DNA from: Thermoanaerobaculia bacterium
GTDB lineage: Bacteria > Acidobacteriota > Thermoanaerobaculia > Multivoradales > JAGPDF01
DNA length: 64,000 bases
Assembly (NCBI GenBank): GCA_039932315.1
Contig: JBDTQG010000005.1
Coordinates: 21,186 to 85,185 of the forward strand
Reading direction: 5' to 3'
Part shown: positions 47,491 through 56,553 of the stretch, in pieces
Position numbering within the stretch: the stretch's first letter is position 1
Layout of the letters: each line of letters begins with the position of its first letter
Position numbers and translations under genes: made by a program
Notes under the pieces: model-generated
Databases searched by the model: none
Told to the model about the DNA's origin: nothing
The model's input: the letters and a program-made list of their open reading frames with translations, nothing else

Positions 47491-48083
47491 TCGTCGCTCC
47501 GCAGACAGTCGTAGAGGAAGGCGCGGGCGCGGCGCCAGTCGCGGCGCAGCGTGCGCTCCGACTTCAGCGAGGTCTCGGCGAGAGTCTCGAAGGAGAGGCC
47601 GGCGAAGAAATGAAGCTCGACGAGGGTTGCGAGCTCGGGTTCGACGAGGGCCAGACGCCCCAGCGCCTCATCGAGCTCGAGGAGCTCAGCGGGTCGCTCG
47701 GGAGAGATGAAGTCCTGCCCGGTATGCAGATGCTCGACCGCCGCACCGGAACCGCGTTTCCCGGCCAGCCGGCGCCGCGCGCCGTCGATCAGGATCTGCC
47801 GCATGATCCGCGCAGCGAGCGAAAGGAAATGGTGACGGTCGGCGACTTCGAGCGCCCCCGAGCCGGTGAGGCGAAGGTAGAGCTCGTTCACAAGAACGGT
47901 CGTCGTCATCGTGTCGCGCGCGCCCAGCCGGCGGCGCTGCGCGTGGCCGAGCCGGCGAAGCTCGTCGTAGACCGCGCGATACAACCGGTCGGCAGCGCTC
48001 GCGTCGCCACGGCGCGCTGCCGCGACCCAGGAAGTGATCGGTTCCGCGGCGAGCGGCGCGCCGTCGCCGGAGTCGTCTGCCAT
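47487..48083 (-). CDS. ECF sigma factor of the kinase-associated type (Sigma70_ECF / TIGR02999-like)
   Basis: ITSWVAAARRGDASAADRLYRAVYDELRRLG and the region-4-like ELHFFAGLSFETLAE...SERTLRRDWRRARAFL. The stop overlaps the kinase start by 4 nt. ATG 48083 is preferred over TTG 48107. Confidence 0.85.
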   Translation of the reverse strand: MADDSGDGAPLAAEPITSWVAAARRGDASAADRLYRAVYDELRRLGHAQRRRLGARDTMTTTVLVNELYLRLTGSGALEVADRHHFLSLAARIMRQILIDGARRRLAGKRGSGAAVEHLHTGQDFISPERPAELLELDEALGRLALVEPELATLVELHFFAGLSFETLAETSLKSERTLRRDWRRARAFLYDCLRSDD

Positions 48084-48105
48084 CGCTTTTCGAGTGTAAC
48101 TCAAC

Positions 48106-48145
48106 AAAAAAATGGACCCCGGAACGCACGATGCGCCAAGGGTCC
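48106..48145 (-). terminator. intrinsic (rho-independent) terminator
   Basis: Minus-strand RNA is GGACCCUUGGCGCAUCGUGCGUUCCGGGGUCC followed by A and U7. The GC-rich stem has about 13 bp with small bulges. It lies 77 nt after the helicase stop and 22 nt before the sigma ATG. Confidence 0.7.
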
Positions 48146-48221
48146 GAAGGAGGGTTGAAGAGTCGGGACTCGTCGTGCTCCCTGCTCTCAGGACTGCTTA
48201 CGGCGTGGCGCCGCCGCCCGT

Positions 48222-50624
48222 CTACTGGAAGAAGCGGCGCGCGACGTCGACCAGATCTCCGCCCAGCCCTGCGGGCTCGGCTCCGCTCACCCAGTCGGCG
48301 GGAAGCCGGTCGACGTAGGGCCGGTCGAGGAAACGGCGATCGAGCAGCGCGATGACTCCGATGTCCTCGGCGGACCGGATGAGCCGTCCTGCGGCCTGGA
48401 CGACGCGGGTCATTCCAGGCACCACGAACGCGAATTCGAACCCGCGCTCGAAACGCTCCTCGTAGTAACTCTGGAGAAGGCGGGTTTCGATCGTCGGGAC
48501 GGGGAGGCAGGGGCCGACGATGGCCACCGCGCGAAGCATCTCTCCCGGATAGTCGACCCCTTCGGCGAAAACGCCGCCGGCCACGGCGAGGAGCATGACG
48601 TCGCCGAGGAGGGCGTTGCGCAAGGTCTCGAGCAGCGCTTCGCGATCGCGCTCGCTGTCGGTGCGTTGCTGCACGAAAATCCGCTTCTTCTTCGCGTGCA
48701 TCCGGCTGGCGACGTCCGAGAGAAACTGAAAGCTGGGGAAGAGAGCGAGGCAGTTTCCGGGAACTGCGTCACCGAACGCGCTCAAACGGTCGGCGATCGG
48801 CTGGCAGTTCGCAGCGCGCTCCTTCCAGAGCGTCGTCACCGATCGATCGACGACGATCCGTCGATTGGCGCTGGGGAAGGGGCTGGGAAGGGACAGGGTG
48901 ACGGTGCGACTGCGATCGAAACCCAGCAGGTCGCGATAGAACTCCGGCGGACTGAGCGTCGCCGAGAGTCCGATGACCGAATGCGCGCGCCCGATCACCC
49001 GGCCGAGATAGGCGCCCGGGTCCTTGCAGAAGATTCGCAGCTTCCGCTCGTCCCCGCTGCGCTCACACAGATGGCTCGAAACGCCGCTTTCGATCGCGAG
49101 TCCGTTGAGGAAGCGGAGGAGCTCGAAGTAGAGCGCGACGAAGGCGTCGTCGGCCTGAAAACTCCGGGTTTCGCGTCGATGTTCCAGATAGTCGACGAAA
49201 GCGGCGTCGAACTCCGGGCGCAGGCGCCAGAGGGCCTCCTCCGGAAGCGCAGCTTCGATCGCTCCGTTTCCGGACGGGAACTCTTCGAGCACCGAATCGC
49301 AGGCCCGTTCGACGAGGCCGGCAAGCTCGAGTGAAATCCGTTCGAGCTCGCGATGGACCGGCGAACCGCCGTGAGCTGAGGCTTCGGCGGCACGTCTCGC
49401 GGAGAGCGATGAGAGCTCGGGCGAAAGATAGCCCCGCCCGCGCTCGACCAGATTGTGAATCTCATCGATCACCAGAACGACGTTCGAGAGGTCGTTCTCG
49501 GCCGCGAAATCGCTGAGCGCCACATAGGGATCGAAGGCGTAGTTGTAGTCGCACACCACGACCTGGGCCTTCCCGGCGAGGTCGAGACTCACCTCGAATG
49601 GACAGACTTCGGCCTGCGTGGCGGCGGAGAAGACGAGGTCGGGGTCGAGGATCGGTTGCTCGCGCAGGAGCCGGGGAACGACGCCGGAGGAAGCGAGCTT
49701 GGCGTAGTAGTCCTTGGCGAAAGGGCAGTAGTCCTCGTGGCAGATGACCTCGCCGTTGGCACACATCCGGGCTTTCGCGCGCAGGCGCAACGCGTGCAGC
49801 GCCGGACCGGCGTCGACCTGACGGATGACCCGCAAAGCCATTTCCTGCTGCAGGTTCTTGGCCGTGAGGACGAACAGCCGCTTGTCGTTGGCGAGGCAGT
49901 AGCGAATGGCGGGAAAGAGAGCCGCCGCGGTCTTGCCGAGCCCGGTGGGAGCCTCGAGCAGCAGATGTTCGCGCGACTCGAGCGCGTGCTCGACCGCTGC
50001 AACGATCTGTTCCTGGCCGGGACGCAGCGCAGCGTGGGGGAACTTGATCTCGACGGCTGCGGTTCGCCGGTCGCCCGCGGCTTCACGCTCTCGACGGAAT
50101 TCTCGCAGCAGCGCATTCAGACGCTGCCGGATCGCGAGCTCGAGTGCGTCGAAGTCGGTCTTCAGCGTTTCGCGCTCGACCGCCTCGCTGCCGATGGCGA
50201 TGAGCACGAGCTCGGCGCGCGCCGGCCGTGCCTCGATGCGCGAGAGCATCCACGCATAGAGCAGCGCCTGACGTTCGTAAATCTGCCGCGTCGCCGGCGA
50301 AAGCTGACCCTCCCGGCGAACCGACTTGATCTCTTCGACGATCCAGCCGCCGTCACCTTCCTTGCGGATGCCGTCGGCGCGACCGGAAAGATTCACCGTC
50401 CAGCCGCGGTGCTCGAATTCGTGCCGCAAAACGACTTCACGGCGATAGGTAGGATCGGAGGCGAGGGCGTCTTCCTGATAGCGGCCGTGAATCGCCTGGC
50501 CGAGCCACATCCGTTCGAATCCGCCGCGATTGGCGAAGCCGATCGAGCGCAGCAGCTGAGGCTCGAGAAGATCCGCGACCGCAAGGTCGATGCGCAGGAC
50601 GGCTTCGTCGAAGCGCGGAGCCAT
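48222..50624 (-). CDS. PD-(D/E)XK nuclease domain fused to an XPD/DinG-type (Rad3-like) Fe-S helicase
   Basis: N-terminal GRADGI...WIVEEIKS...QALLY is RecB/Cas4-like (D, ExK, QxxxY). Helicase motifs: APTGLGKT, four Cys (CANGEVICHEDYCPF...CPFEV), DEIH box, and a C-terminal Helicase_C_2-like region (VAGGVFAEGVDYPG, QAAGRLIR). Confidence 0.85.
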   Translation of the reverse strand: MAPRFDEAVLRIDLAVADLLEPQLLRSIGFANRGGFERMWLGQAIHGRYQEDALASDPTYRREVVLRHEFEHRGWTVNLSGRADGIRKEGDGGWIVEEIKSVRREGQLSPATRQIYERQALLYAWMLSRIEARPARAELVLIAIGSEAVERETLKTDFDALELAIRQRLNALLREFRREREAAGDRRTAAVEIKFPHAALRPGQEQIVAAVEHALESREHLLLEAPTGLGKTAAALFPAIRYCLANDKRLFVLTAKNLQQEMALRVIRQVDAGPALHALRLRAKARMCANGEVICHEDYCPFAKDYYAKLASSGVVPRLLREQPILDPDLVFSAATQAEVCPFEVSLDLAGKAQVVVCDYNYAFDPYVALSDFAAENDLSNVVLVIDEIHNLVERGRGYLSPELSSLSARRAAEASAHGGSPVHRELERISLELAGLVERACDSVLEEFPSGNGAIEAALPEEALWRLRPEFDAAFVDYLEHRRETRSFQADDAFVALYFELLRFLNGLAIESGVSSHLCERSGDERKLRIFCKDPGAYLGRVIGRAHSVIGLSATLSPPEFYRDLLGFDRSRTVTLSLPSPFPSANRRIVVDRSVTTLWKERAANCQPIADRLSAFGDAVPGNCLALFPSFQFLSDVASRMHAKKKRIFVQQRTDSERDREALLETLRNALLGDVMLLAVAGGVFAEGVDYPGEMLRAVAIVGPCLPVPTIETRLLQSYYEERFERGFEFAFVVPGMTRVVQAAGRLIRSAEDIGVIALLDRRFLDRPYVDRLPADWVSGAEPAGLGGDLVDVARRFFQ

Positions 50625-50841
50625 CTCCCGAGTCTAGAGGAAACGGAGTGCGCCGAAGGCGGTCTACTTCCCGATGCGAAGCCTTTCCGGCGGTGGCCCG
50701 TGACCTCAAAAGGCGCCGTTGGCGAAAGGAGAAGAAGGAGCAGCACATTTCCAGAGGACCGGAGCCGGGGAGCGGATGGTGCCGGACGCCCGTCGTTCCG
50801 CGGGCGGTATAGAGTCCGCTGAAATCTGAGCGGAGGCCGGC

Positions 50842-52539
50842 GTGGGCAACCTTGTATCGTTCTGCGGCATTTTCATCCTGGTCTTCGTCGCCTGGCTCTT
50901 CTCGGAGGACCGCAAGCGCTTTCCCTGGCGCGTGGTCACCTGGGGCATCGGGCTCCAGCTGATTTTCGGCTTCCTGGTGCTCTACTGGCCGCCCGGCTCG
51001 CGCTTCTTTCTCAGGCTGAACGACGTTTTCAATGCACTGCTCGCCTTCTCCCGCGAAGGCGCCGTGTTCATCTTCAATTCGGTGGGCTCGGGCGAGAGCA
51101 CCGGCCAGATTCCACTCACGCTCAAGGAGTACCTGACGCGTCTCGGAGCCGGATCGTCCGATCCGCTGATCCAGCGGGCAATCGCGACCGGCACCGTTCC
51201 GGGCTTCTTCTTCGCCTTCCAGGCGCTGACGACGATCATCTTCTTCAGCGCGCTGCTTTCAGTTCTCTACTATCTGGGAATCATGCAGAAGGTCGTTCAG
51301 CTGTTCGCCAAGATCATGTCGAAGACGATGCGCGTTTCCGGGGCCGAGGCGCTTTCGAACTCGGCCAACATCTTCGTCGGTCAGACGGAGGCGCCGCTCG
51401 TCGTGCGGCCGTACATCGAGAAGATGACGCGATCCGAGCTGATGGCGATCATGGTGGGCGGCTTTGCCAACACCGCGGGCGGCGTGCTCGGCGCCTACAT
51501 CATGATGCTCTCGGGCTACTTCCCGAACATCGCGTCGCATCTGATTTCCGCGTCGCTTCTTTCTGCGCCGGCGGCATTCATTTTCGCCAAAGTGCTGGTG
51601 CCCGAGCGCGAGCAACCGATGACGAGCGGTGACGTGAAGTTCGACGTGCCGATCGAGGACGCGAATCTCGTCGACGCGGCCGCCAACGGCACCAGCATCG
51701 GCTGGCAGCTCGCCATCAACGTCGGCGCGATGCTGGTTTCCTTCGTTGCGCTCATCGCACTGGCGAATGTGATCGTCGCGTGGATCGGCAATCTGTTTCA
51801 TTCCGACGCCGGCCTCGTGCGTTTCGATCTGATCGCGATCGGCGGCCTCGCGGCGCTCTTCCTTCTGCGACGGCGGACGAATCCGACGGAAGGCCAGTCG
51901 TGGATCCAGCTGCTCGGGGTCTTCGCGCTTTACGGCGCCGCCAAGTTCGTCATCCCGGCGTATGCCGGAACGATCGGTCTCGCCGCGTTCGCCGCCTGGT
52001 TGCCACTTTTCTTCTACTCGGGCAGCGCAAAAAAACCGCCGACGGCGGTCTGGGGGACGGTTCTCGGCGTCGCGGTGATCGGAAATCTCGCCTATCTGAT
52101 CTTCGGCCCTCTCGGCGCCGACACCAAGATGTCGCTCCAGTTGCTCCTCGGCTGGATGCACTGGCCGATCGCGCTCATCATGGGCGTCCCGCCCTCGGAA
52201 TGCCTCACGGTGGCGAAGTTTCTGGGTGAGAAGCTCATTCTCACCGAGTTCGTGGCCTACCTCGATCTCGCGAACTACCTCGGTCAGGCGGCGCGCGGTG
52301 AAGTGCAGGAGCTTTCGGCGCGTTCGCTGGTGCTTCTGACCTACGCGCTATGCGGTTTCTCGAACTTCGCTTCGATCGGAATTCAGATCGGCGGCATCGC
52401 TCCCCTGGCTCCGGGGCGACGCCAGGAGCTCGCGCGGCTCGGTCTCAAGGCGATGATCGGTGGCGCGCTGGCGACTTTCATGATCGCTTGCATCGCCGGC
52501 ACGTTCTTCACCGGACATTCGATGCTGGGTCTGAAATAG
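50842..52539 (+). CDS. concentrative nucleoside transporter (NupC/CNT family) with a large internal insertion
   Basis: GTG start. The N-terminal part (LQLIFGFLVL...) and C-terminal part (MSLQLLLGWMHWPIALIMGVP...TEFVAYLDL...ALCGFSNFASIGIQIGG) match remembered NupC sequence. 565 aa versus about 400 aa typical. Confidence 0.85.
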   Translation: MGNLVSFCGIFILVFVAWLFSEDRKRFPWRVVTWGIGLQLIFGFLVLYWPPGSRFFLRLNDVFNALLAFSREGAVFIFNSVGSGESTGQIPLTLKEYLTRLGAGSSDPLIQRAIATGTVPGFFFAFQALTTIIFFSALLSVLYYLGIMQKVVQLFAKIMSKTMRVSGAEALSNSANIFVGQTEAPLVVRPYIEKMTRSELMAIMVGGFANTAGGVLGAYIMMLSGYFPNIASHLISASLLSAPAAFIFAKVLVPEREQPMTSGDVKFDVPIEDANLVDAAANGTSIGWQLAINVGAMLVSFVALIALANVIVAWIGNLFHSDAGLVRFDLIAIGGLAALFLLRRRTNPTEGQSWIQLLGVFALYGAAKFVIPAYAGTIGLAAFAAWLPLFFYSGSAKKPPTAVWGTVLGVAVIGNLAYLIFGPLGADTKMSLQLLLGWMHWPIALIMGVPPSECLTVAKFLGEKLILTEFVAYLDLANYLGQAARGEVQELSARSLVLLTYALCGFSNFASIGIQIGGIAPLAPGRRQELARLGLKAMIGGALATFMIACIAGTFFTGHSMLGLK

Positions 52540-53467
52540 ACGCAGCGTCGGCACTCTCGAGAAACGGCAGAACCGCGGCGAGAAACGGTGTCGGGCACTC
52601 TTCCATGGGGCTGTGCCCGCAGGCTGGTAGCTCGACGAATCGCGCTCGCGGCAGAAGATGGCTTCGTTCGCGCGCGCCAGCGATGGGAATGAGCGTGTCT
52701 TCGATGCCCCAGACCACCAGAGTCGGAGTCTCGAGCGCTGCGAGATCCAGCGTGTACGGCGGTTCGTCGGACGGGCCGACGAGGCCGAAGAGCGCGTCGC
52801 TCGCGCCCTGAATCCGCAGGCGCTCGCCGTACTCCCGCACCCGCTGCGGGGTCACCAGCGAATCGTCGAAGTAGGCGGCCTTGAGTCCCGACTTCACCCG
52901 CATGTCGGAGAGCGCCACAGTGCGTGCCGCCAGACTCGCTACCCAGCGCCAGCGGAAGAGCGCGCTGCGCCGGGCGCTCGCGTAGAGCGGCAAGGCATTG
53001 TCGATGAGCAGGAGCCGGTCCACGCGCTCCGGGTGTCGCGCCGCGATGTAGAGCGAGATGGCGCCGCCGTAGGAGTGTCCCGCGAGGCGCACGCGATCGA
53101 GATGGAGCGCGTCGAGAACGCCGAGCACCAGTCGCTCCTGCCCCGCGAGGGTGTAGCTCGAGCTTTCGCGCGGCCGCTGCGTGAAGCCGAAGCCGTTGAG
53201 ATCGATCGCGATCACATCGAAATGGCGCGAAAGCTCCGGCAGGACGGCCGAGAATGAAAGCGTCGATTCGCCGAAACCGTGGAGCAGGACGAGCGGCGCG
53301 CCCTCGCCCGAACGCTCGATCGAGACCTTCTGGCCCTGGACCTCGATGAGGCGGCCGGAGGGAAGCGTTCTCTCGACATCGGCGAAAGGCCGGAAGGAGA
53401 CGCATCCGGTGGCGAGCGTGGCGGCGGCAAGAGCGAGCGCGATGGGCGCGAGGCGGCGACTGAACAT
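52508..53467 (-). CDS. alpha/beta hydrolase lipoprotein
   Basis: Met at 53467 with lipobox LATGC. LLHGFGES and the GHSYGG nucleophile elbow. This is the C-terminal 319 codons of an 899-aa ORF; the rest is antisense shadow of the PBP4 gene. Confidence 0.85.
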   Translation of the reverse strand: MFSRRLAPIALALAAATLATGCVSFRPFADVERTLPSGRLIEVQGQKVSIERSGEGAPLVLLHGFGESTLSFSAVLPELSRHFDVIAIDLNGFGFTQRPRESSSYTLAGQERLVLGVLDALHLDRVRLAGHSYGGAISLYIAARHPERVDRLLLIDNALPLYASARRSALFRWRWVASLAARTVALSDMRVKSGLKAAYFDDSLVTPQRVREYGERLRIQGASDALFGLVGPSDEPPYTLDLAALETPTLVVWGIEDTLIPIAGARERSHLLPRARFVELPACGHSPMEECPTPFLAAVLPFLESADAASISDPASNVR

Positions 53468-53785
53468 CCGCGGATTGTACGCGGCGACGACGTGACCCCG
53501 ATGTTCATCGACCGCCGGACCTCTGCGGGCTGCTGCCGGTCCCATGTCCGGCCCGTCTCCGGCAGATCTCCAGCGGATCTGCCAGCTGCCTTGGGCCAGT
53601 ATCCAGCACGCGCGCAACACGCGCCCAGCGCGCGCCCAGCAACACCCCAGCGCGCCGGAGCGGCGCAGGTAACTGCTTCGCTTCGGAGGGAGCCGGTATG
53701 ATGCAAGGGTGAGCGCCAAGGTGCTGTCCTGAGAATCCTTCCCACCGGGCGAACGCGCGCTCGGGCAGGAGCTCTCGCCCGCCGG

Positions 53786-55252
53786 GTGGCGATCGCCGGC
53801 GCCCTGGTGGCGGTTTGTTCTGCCGTTCCGGTGTCGGCAGCAGCCAACACCCGCGTTCCGCCGCCCACGCCGGCCGCCGAGCTCACGCTGCAGCAGGCGC
53901 TGGCCAAAGAGGTCGTCGCGGCGCGCAAGTCCTCCGCCGCACTCGGCGTCCACATCGTCGACCTGTCCTCGCGCCTCACGGCGTTCTCCTTCGACGCCGA
54001 CGAACCCCGGATCCTGGCTTCGAACACGAAACTGCTCACGACCGCGGCGGCGCTCGGGACGCTCGGTGCCGACTACGTCTTCGAGACCCGGGTGATGGTG
54101 CGCGGCGCGACGAAGGGCGGCGTGCTCGACGGCGACCTGGCGATTTTCGGCAGCGGCGATCCGAACCTTTCCGGCCGATTTCACGAAGGAGACTCCTACG
54201 CCGTCTTCCGGGAGTGGGCTGCCGCCCTGAAGGCGCAGGGCATCACGCACGTGACCGGAAGCCTCGTCCTCGTGAACGGCCTCTTCTCGCCGCCGAACAT
54301 TCATCCCGACTGGCCGCGCGATCAGCTGACCAGCTGGTACGAAGCGCCGATCGAAGCGCTGTCGTTCAACGACAACTGCGTGCTGGTACGTGTCTGGCCG
54401 GCATCCCGGCCGGGACTTCCCGCGCGCGTCGAGACGGTACCGAAACTCGACTACTTCGAGATCCGCAACACCGCGACGACCGGAACCAGTGGGCGCAGCC
54501 GGCTGATGGTCGGCCGAATGGGCGACAGCGACACGATCGTCGTTTCGGGTGTCATCGGTGCGCGCACGGGGCCGGGCGAAGAGTGGGTCGCCGTGCACGA
54601 TCCGACGGCCTACTTCGGTGCGGCCCTGAAAGACGCGCTCGCCGAGGAAGGGGTGGAAATCGAGGGCACGGTCGTTTCTGCGCACGGAACCCCTGAGGGG
54701 GTCTGGGAGCCGGTGACGTCCTTCCACAGCGATCTCGCCCGCACGATCGAAGTGACCAACAAGCGCAGCCAGAACTTCTACGCCGAATCGCTGTCGAAGC
54801 TGCTCGGCTGGAAGGCGCGCGGAGAAGGCAGCTGGGAGGCAGGCGTCGGAGTCGTCGGTGACTTCCTGGCCGGATTGGGCATTGCGCCGGCTTCCTTTCA
54901 CCTCGTCGACGGCTCCGGACTTTCGCGCGGGAACCGGATGAGTCCGCGGGCGATGGCGGATCTTCTGGAGCAGATGTATTTCCACGCGCTCGGGCGCGAT
55001 TTCCTCCGCTCCCTGCCGTTCAGCGGTGAGCACGGGTTGAGCTGGCAGCGACGCCTCGCCCGTCCGCCCTACGCCGGCAACGTTTTCGCAAAAACCGGCA
55101 CGATCAACGGTGTCTCGACGCTCTCGGGTTATGCCAAGGCCGTTTCGGGCCGGATCTACGCTTTTTCCATTCTGTGCAATCAGGTGCGCAGCAACTCCGG
55201 TGCGCATGCCGCGCAGGACCGCATCGTCGCGGCGCTGATCGATCGCGGGTAG
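53786..55252 (+). CDS. dacB: D-alanyl-D-alanine carboxypeptidase/endopeptidase (PBP4, peptidase S13)
   Basis: Signal peptide, SNTK (SxxK), DGSGLSRGN and KTGT motifs. Size is typical for PBP4. Confidence 0.85.
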   Translation: MAIAGALVAVCSAVPVSAAANTRVPPPTPAAELTLQQALAKEVVAARKSSAALGVHIVDLSSRLTAFSFDADEPRILASNTKLLTTAAALGTLGADYVFETRVMVRGATKGGVLDGDLAIFGSGDPNLSGRFHEGDSYAVFREWAAALKAQGITHVTGSLVLVNGLFSPPNIHPDWPRDQLTSWYEAPIEALSFNDNCVLVRVWPASRPGLPARVETVPKLDYFEIRNTATTGTSGRSRLMVGRMGDSDTIVVSGVIGARTGPGEEWVAVHDPTAYFGAALKDALAEEGVEIEGTVVSAHGTPEGVWEPVTSFHSDLARTIEVTNKRSQNFYAESLSKLLGWKARGEGSWEAGVGVVGDFLAGLGIAPASFHLVDGSGLSRGNRMSPRAMADLLEQMYFHALGRDFLRSLPFSGEHGLSWQRRLARPPYAGNVFAKTGTINGVSTLSGYAKAVSGRIYAFSILCNQVRSNSGAHAAQDRIVAALIDRG

Positions 55253-55295
55253 CGTCCGTTCCGGCCGCGAGCAGGGCTTTCAGAAAGAGTCGAAC

Positions 55296-56522
55296 ATGAC
55301 CGAGTCACGACAGGCCGACGTTCGCCAGCTCATGAAGCGGGTCGAGCAACTGGTGCGCGAAATTCAAGCGTCCGACGAGAAGGGGATCACCATCCACCAT
55401 CTCGCCGATGCCATCATCTCGCGGTTTCGCGATGCTCTCGGTTTCTATGGTGGCAGGCTCTATCAATGGGACGGCGTCGCCTACGAGCTCAAGGCGACTT
55501 TCCCGGACGCCCGACCTGCGGCAAAGGAGATCCGCGTCCCGGCCACCTACGCGCCGCTCGAGACGGCTCTGACCGAAGGTGTCGTCTACATGAGCTCGGA
55601 CGATCCGAAGTTCGATCGCCAGCTCGAAGACCAGCTCGGCGTCGATCGCTTCGCGGCGATCGAAGTGGGGGACGAAGAGTTCATCCTCTCCTTCGACCTG
55701 GCGCCGGGAAGCCATCGCGACGAGGTGCTGTTTTCGCTCGGAGTGCTGCGGCACGCGATCAATCAGAAGCTCCGTCAGGAACGCATGCAGGAGGTGTTCG
55801 ATCAGGCGCGGAAGATCCAGGCCTCGATCCTGCCGCGGCGCGTTCCGGTCTACGGTGGATTCGAGCTCTTCGGCCTGATCAAGCCGATGGAGTCCGTCGG
55901 TGGCGACTTCTACGACTACATTCCCATCACCGACAAGATTCTGGGACTCGCGATCGCCGATGTTTCGGGTCACGGGCTTCCGGCAGCGCTTCAGGTGCGC
56001 GACATCTTCATGGGCCTGCGCATGGGCATGGCGCGCGATTTCAAGATCGTGCGCACCGTCGAGCGGCTGAATCAGATCATCCACAAGTCGACGCTCACCA
56101 GCCGGTTCGTGTCGATGTTCTACGGCGAGCTCGAGCCGAACGGCGTTTTCATCTATGTGAACGCGGGCCATCCGCCGCCGTTCCATCTCACCGCAACGGG
56201 TGACGTCCGCTATCTCGACGAAGGTGGCGCCGTTCTGGGGCCGGTCGCCGACGCGACGTACGAACGCGGCTTCGTCCGCCTGCTGCCGGGAGACATGGTC
56301 GTCCTGTATACCGACGGGATGATCGAAGCTACACCCCCGGACAGCGAAGGTGGCGCCGAATTCGGCATCGAGCGTCTGGTCGAGATCGCCCGGCGGATGA
56401 AAGGCAAGAGCTCGAAGGAGGTCGCCGACACGATGATGCGCGAGGTGGAGGCCTATCGAGGCAGCGGCGAAGCCCAGGACGACCGCACTGTGGTCGTGGT
56501 GACGTACCCGCCGAAGCCCTGA
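55296..56522 (+). CDS. GAF-domain PP2C/SpoIIE-type Ser/Thr phosphatase
   Basis: ARKIQASILP...GGDFYDYIP...ADVSGHGLPAAL...YTDG...DDRTVVV are the SpoIIE/PP2C motifs. A ~170-aa N-terminal GAF-like region precedes them. Confidence 0.85.
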   Translation: MTESRQADVRQLMKRVEQLVREIQASDEKGITIHHLADAIISRFRDALGFYGGRLYQWDGVAYELKATFPDARPAAKEIRVPATYAPLETALTEGVVYMSSDDPKFDRQLEDQLGVDRFAAIEVGDEEFILSFDLAPGSHRDEVLFSLGVLRHAINQKLRQERMQEVFDQARKIQASILPRRVPVYGGFELFGLIKPMESVGGDFYDYIPITDKILGLAIADVSGHGLPAALQVRDIFMGLRMGMARDFKIVRTVERLNQIIHKSTLTSRFVSMFYGELEPNGVFIYVNAGHPPPFHLTATGDVRYLDEGGAVLGPVADATYERGFVRLLPGDMVVLYTDGMIEATPPDSEGGAEFGIERLVEIARRMKGKSSKEVADTMMREVEAYRGSGEAQDDRTVVVVTYPPKP

Positions 56523-56553
56523 AAAGGCCCCAAGCCTCCAGGCGGCCACGAAG

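Noticed and set aside
45247-47514. 755-aa plus-strand ORF antisense to the TPR Ser/Thr kinase
   Set aside because: Shadow ORF. The kinase motifs are on the minus strand.
50625-50841. Possible riboswitch or SRP-RNA-like element in the 217-bp region upstream of the nucleoside transporter
   Set aside because: I saw a small hairpin (tccgct-gaaatctg-agcgga) next to the GGAGG SD, and a GAAGGAGCAGC string vaguely like the 4.5S RNA motif. However, the order and context do not match SRP RNA, and I cannot assign any known aptamer. A covariance-model scan (Rfam) would be needed.
53468-55207. N-terminal 580 codons of the 899-aa minus-strand ORF
   Set aside because: This part lies antisense to the PBP4 gene, which has SxxK/KTG motifs. 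The sequence only becomes protein-like from the lipoprotein Met at 53467.
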